Source: Oscillospiraceae bacterium
GTDB taxonomy: Bacteria; Bacillota; Clostridia; Oscillospirales; UBA929
Assembly: GCA_031255175.1 (NCBI GenBank)
Contig: JAIRTA010000058.1
Coordinates: 1-44,774, forward strand
Direction of reading: 5' to 3'
Length of the DNA: 44,774 bases
Part shown: positions 43,694 through 44,774 of the stretch, piece after piece
Layout: every line of letters begins with the position of its first letter
Numbering within the stretch: the stretch's first letter is position 1
Translations under genes and position numbers: made by a program
The notes under the pieces: model-generated
Databases searched by the model: none
Seen by the model: only the letters and a program-made list of their open reading frames with translations
Told to the model about the DNA's origin: nothing

Positions 43694-43722
43694 ATTTCCT
43701 ATATTTGGTAAATATAGGAAAT
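43694..43722. promoter_or_regulatory. Perfect 13-3-13 AT-rich inverted repeat in the prfA / tRNA divergent region
   Basis: ATTTCCTATATTT-GGT-AAATATAGGAAAT. Confidence 0.5.
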
Positions 43723-43755
43723 TTGTATCCACCGCGTGGAGAAGAAATTTTGCCC

Positions 43756-43784
43756 TTGATTCTGCGGCGGGAGTAGAGTATAAT
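43756..43784 (+). promoter_or_regulatory. Sigma-A promoter of tRNA-Ser
   Basis: TTGATT, 17 bp, TATAAT. Confidence 0.7.
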
Positions 43785-43844
43785 GGAAAAAGATCTCGCG
43801 CACACACGAAGGGCAACACCCGACCGCAGCGGCGTTTGATACAC

Positions 43845-43933
43845 GGAGAGGTATCGAAGTGGTCATAACGGGGCTGACTCGAAATCAGTTTGGGAGCAAT
43901 CCCACGTGGGTTCGAATCCCACCCTCTCCGCCA
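43845..43933 (+). tRNA. tRNA-Ser(CGA)
   Basis: Acceptor GGAGAGG/CCTCTCC, discriminator G plus encoded CCA, anticodon loop CT-CGA-AA, long variable arm TGGGAGCAATCCCA, GTTCGAATC T-loop. Confidence 0.97.
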
Positions 43934-43935
43934 AC

Positions 43936-43970
43936 GAAAGCCTGGAGCCGCAAGCGGTTCCGGGTTTTTC
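43936..43970 (+). terminator. Terminator-like hairpin after tRNA-Ser
   Basis: GCCTGGAGCCGC-AA-GCGGTTCCGGGT followed by TTTT. Confidence 0.6.
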
Positions 43971-43982
43971 TATAAGCAGCGG

Positions 43983-44255
43983 CGTGGTGGAAAATTTGTC
44001 CAAAAAGCCGCCGTGGTGGAAAATTCGTGGTGGAATTCCACCACGAGGCCGGGACATGAATTTCCAATTTATAACAGCAAAATCTCGCCGTGGTGGAAAA
44101 ATGGTGGAACAACTCCCTGAGCTTCTATGCGAAGATATGAGATTTTGGGAGAAGAAACTCCGTCACAGGTCTAAATCGGATGACTTTTTCCGTTCCGCCT
44201 TGCCCATGCTCTCTTTCCTATTTCCACCATTTCCGCCACGAGATTTTCCACCATG
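43983..44255. repeat. Cluster of about nine (C)GTGGTGGAA(AA) motifs in both orientations (integrase arm-site-like)
   Basis: Direct copies at 43983, 44012, 44026, 44089 and 44101; inverted copies at 44036, 44221, 44231 and 44244. Confidence 0.7.
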
Positions 44256-44365
44256 AGATTTCGGGTGGAGCGCGTTGTGGTAGGCATCCAACACGGCTTT
44301 CTTTCTGTCAAGCCGCACATCCACATAGCGGGCGGTCGTCGCGTCCATGTTGGTGGAGATGTTCA
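44163..44365 (-). pseudogene. C-terminal remnant of a tyrosine recombinase/integrase
   Basis: ATTARYVDVRLDRKKAVLDAYHNALH resembles the TTxxY catalytic-Tyr tail; converges on the tRNA 3' end; no upstream catalytic domain. Confidence 0.5.
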
Positions 44366-44369
44366 GTTG

Positions 44370-44743
44370 CAACCCGAAACCGGCGCGATGAAACGTGGAT
44401 AGATTGGCTGAAACTCGCACATGAACAGGCGAAAGGCAACAAGGCGGACCCTGCCGCTCCGCGGCCTGGGGAAGTGGTGTATACCGGGGAGACCCGGCGA
44501 GAGAAAGGAATTGACGGCGGCTCGGCGCGGATCGTGTACCAGGTGACTGTCCGCACGTCGCTGGCGAACGGTCAGATGTTGATTGTTCCGAAAGTGGATG
44601 TGGCCACGTGGTGGTCTCTCATCAAACGCCTGATCTATATTGCCTGCCGTGTGGTAAGTCACGCCCGGAGAACAAGTCTATTGTTTGAGCGAAGCAATTT
44701 GTGGAAGGAAGTATTTACAGAGGTCCATGCGGTTTTCGCATAG
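44370..44743 (+). mobile_element. Truncated, internally deleted IS1380-family-like transposase
   Basis: RNRRDE..DWL..PRPGEVVY..RIVYQV..RT...GQMLIVP.VDV.TWW (central part) fused to LIKRLIYIACRVVSHARR..L.F...NLW (C-terminus); no start. Confidence 0.6.
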
Positions 44744-44774
44744 CAAATTCCAACATGGTGGATAACGTCGGTGC

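Overview
A 44.8 kb chromosomal window from a high-GC Clostridia-type Firmicute. An Oscillospiraceae-like assignment is inferred from gene order, sigma-A promoters and protein style. Layout: (1) 1-11.2 kb is a visibly lower-GC catabolic island. It holds a Liv-type ABC importer, a split transketolase, tartronate-semialdehyde reductase (garR), a gluconate-5-dehydrogenase-like SDR, the start of a secreted protein and a divergent glycerate kinase. Its sigma-A promoter carries a perfect 24-bp operator. (2) 11.2-22.9 kb is a minus-strand core operon: mutL-miaA-hfq-HlyD-like-yggS-sepF-divIVA-ileS-lspA-rluD-HAD. (3) 23.1-29.3 kb is on the plus strand: a small His/Cys membrane ORF, a CC-motif lipoprotein, a DUF4015-like hydrolase, mnmG, rsmG (with a 66-bp tandem array at the junction) and a low-GC acyltransferase. 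(4) 29.3-43.6 kb is on the minus strand: prfA-tsaC-coaE-M18 aminopeptidase, an AraC regulator, a 1908-aa secreted GH2 and an acyltransferase/zinc-ribbon membrane pair, plus an orphan plus-strand sRNA candidate. (5) tRNA-Ser(CGA) is followed by the decayed end of an integrative element (repeated GTGGTGGAA motifs, integrase tail, internally deleted IS1380-like transposase). The best novelty candidates, all inferences, are a transketolase-dependent aldonate (probably pentonate) to glycerate pathway, a putative metal-sensing leader-peptide system, the palindrome-bearing mnmG/rsmG repeat array and the anti-SD sRNA candidate.
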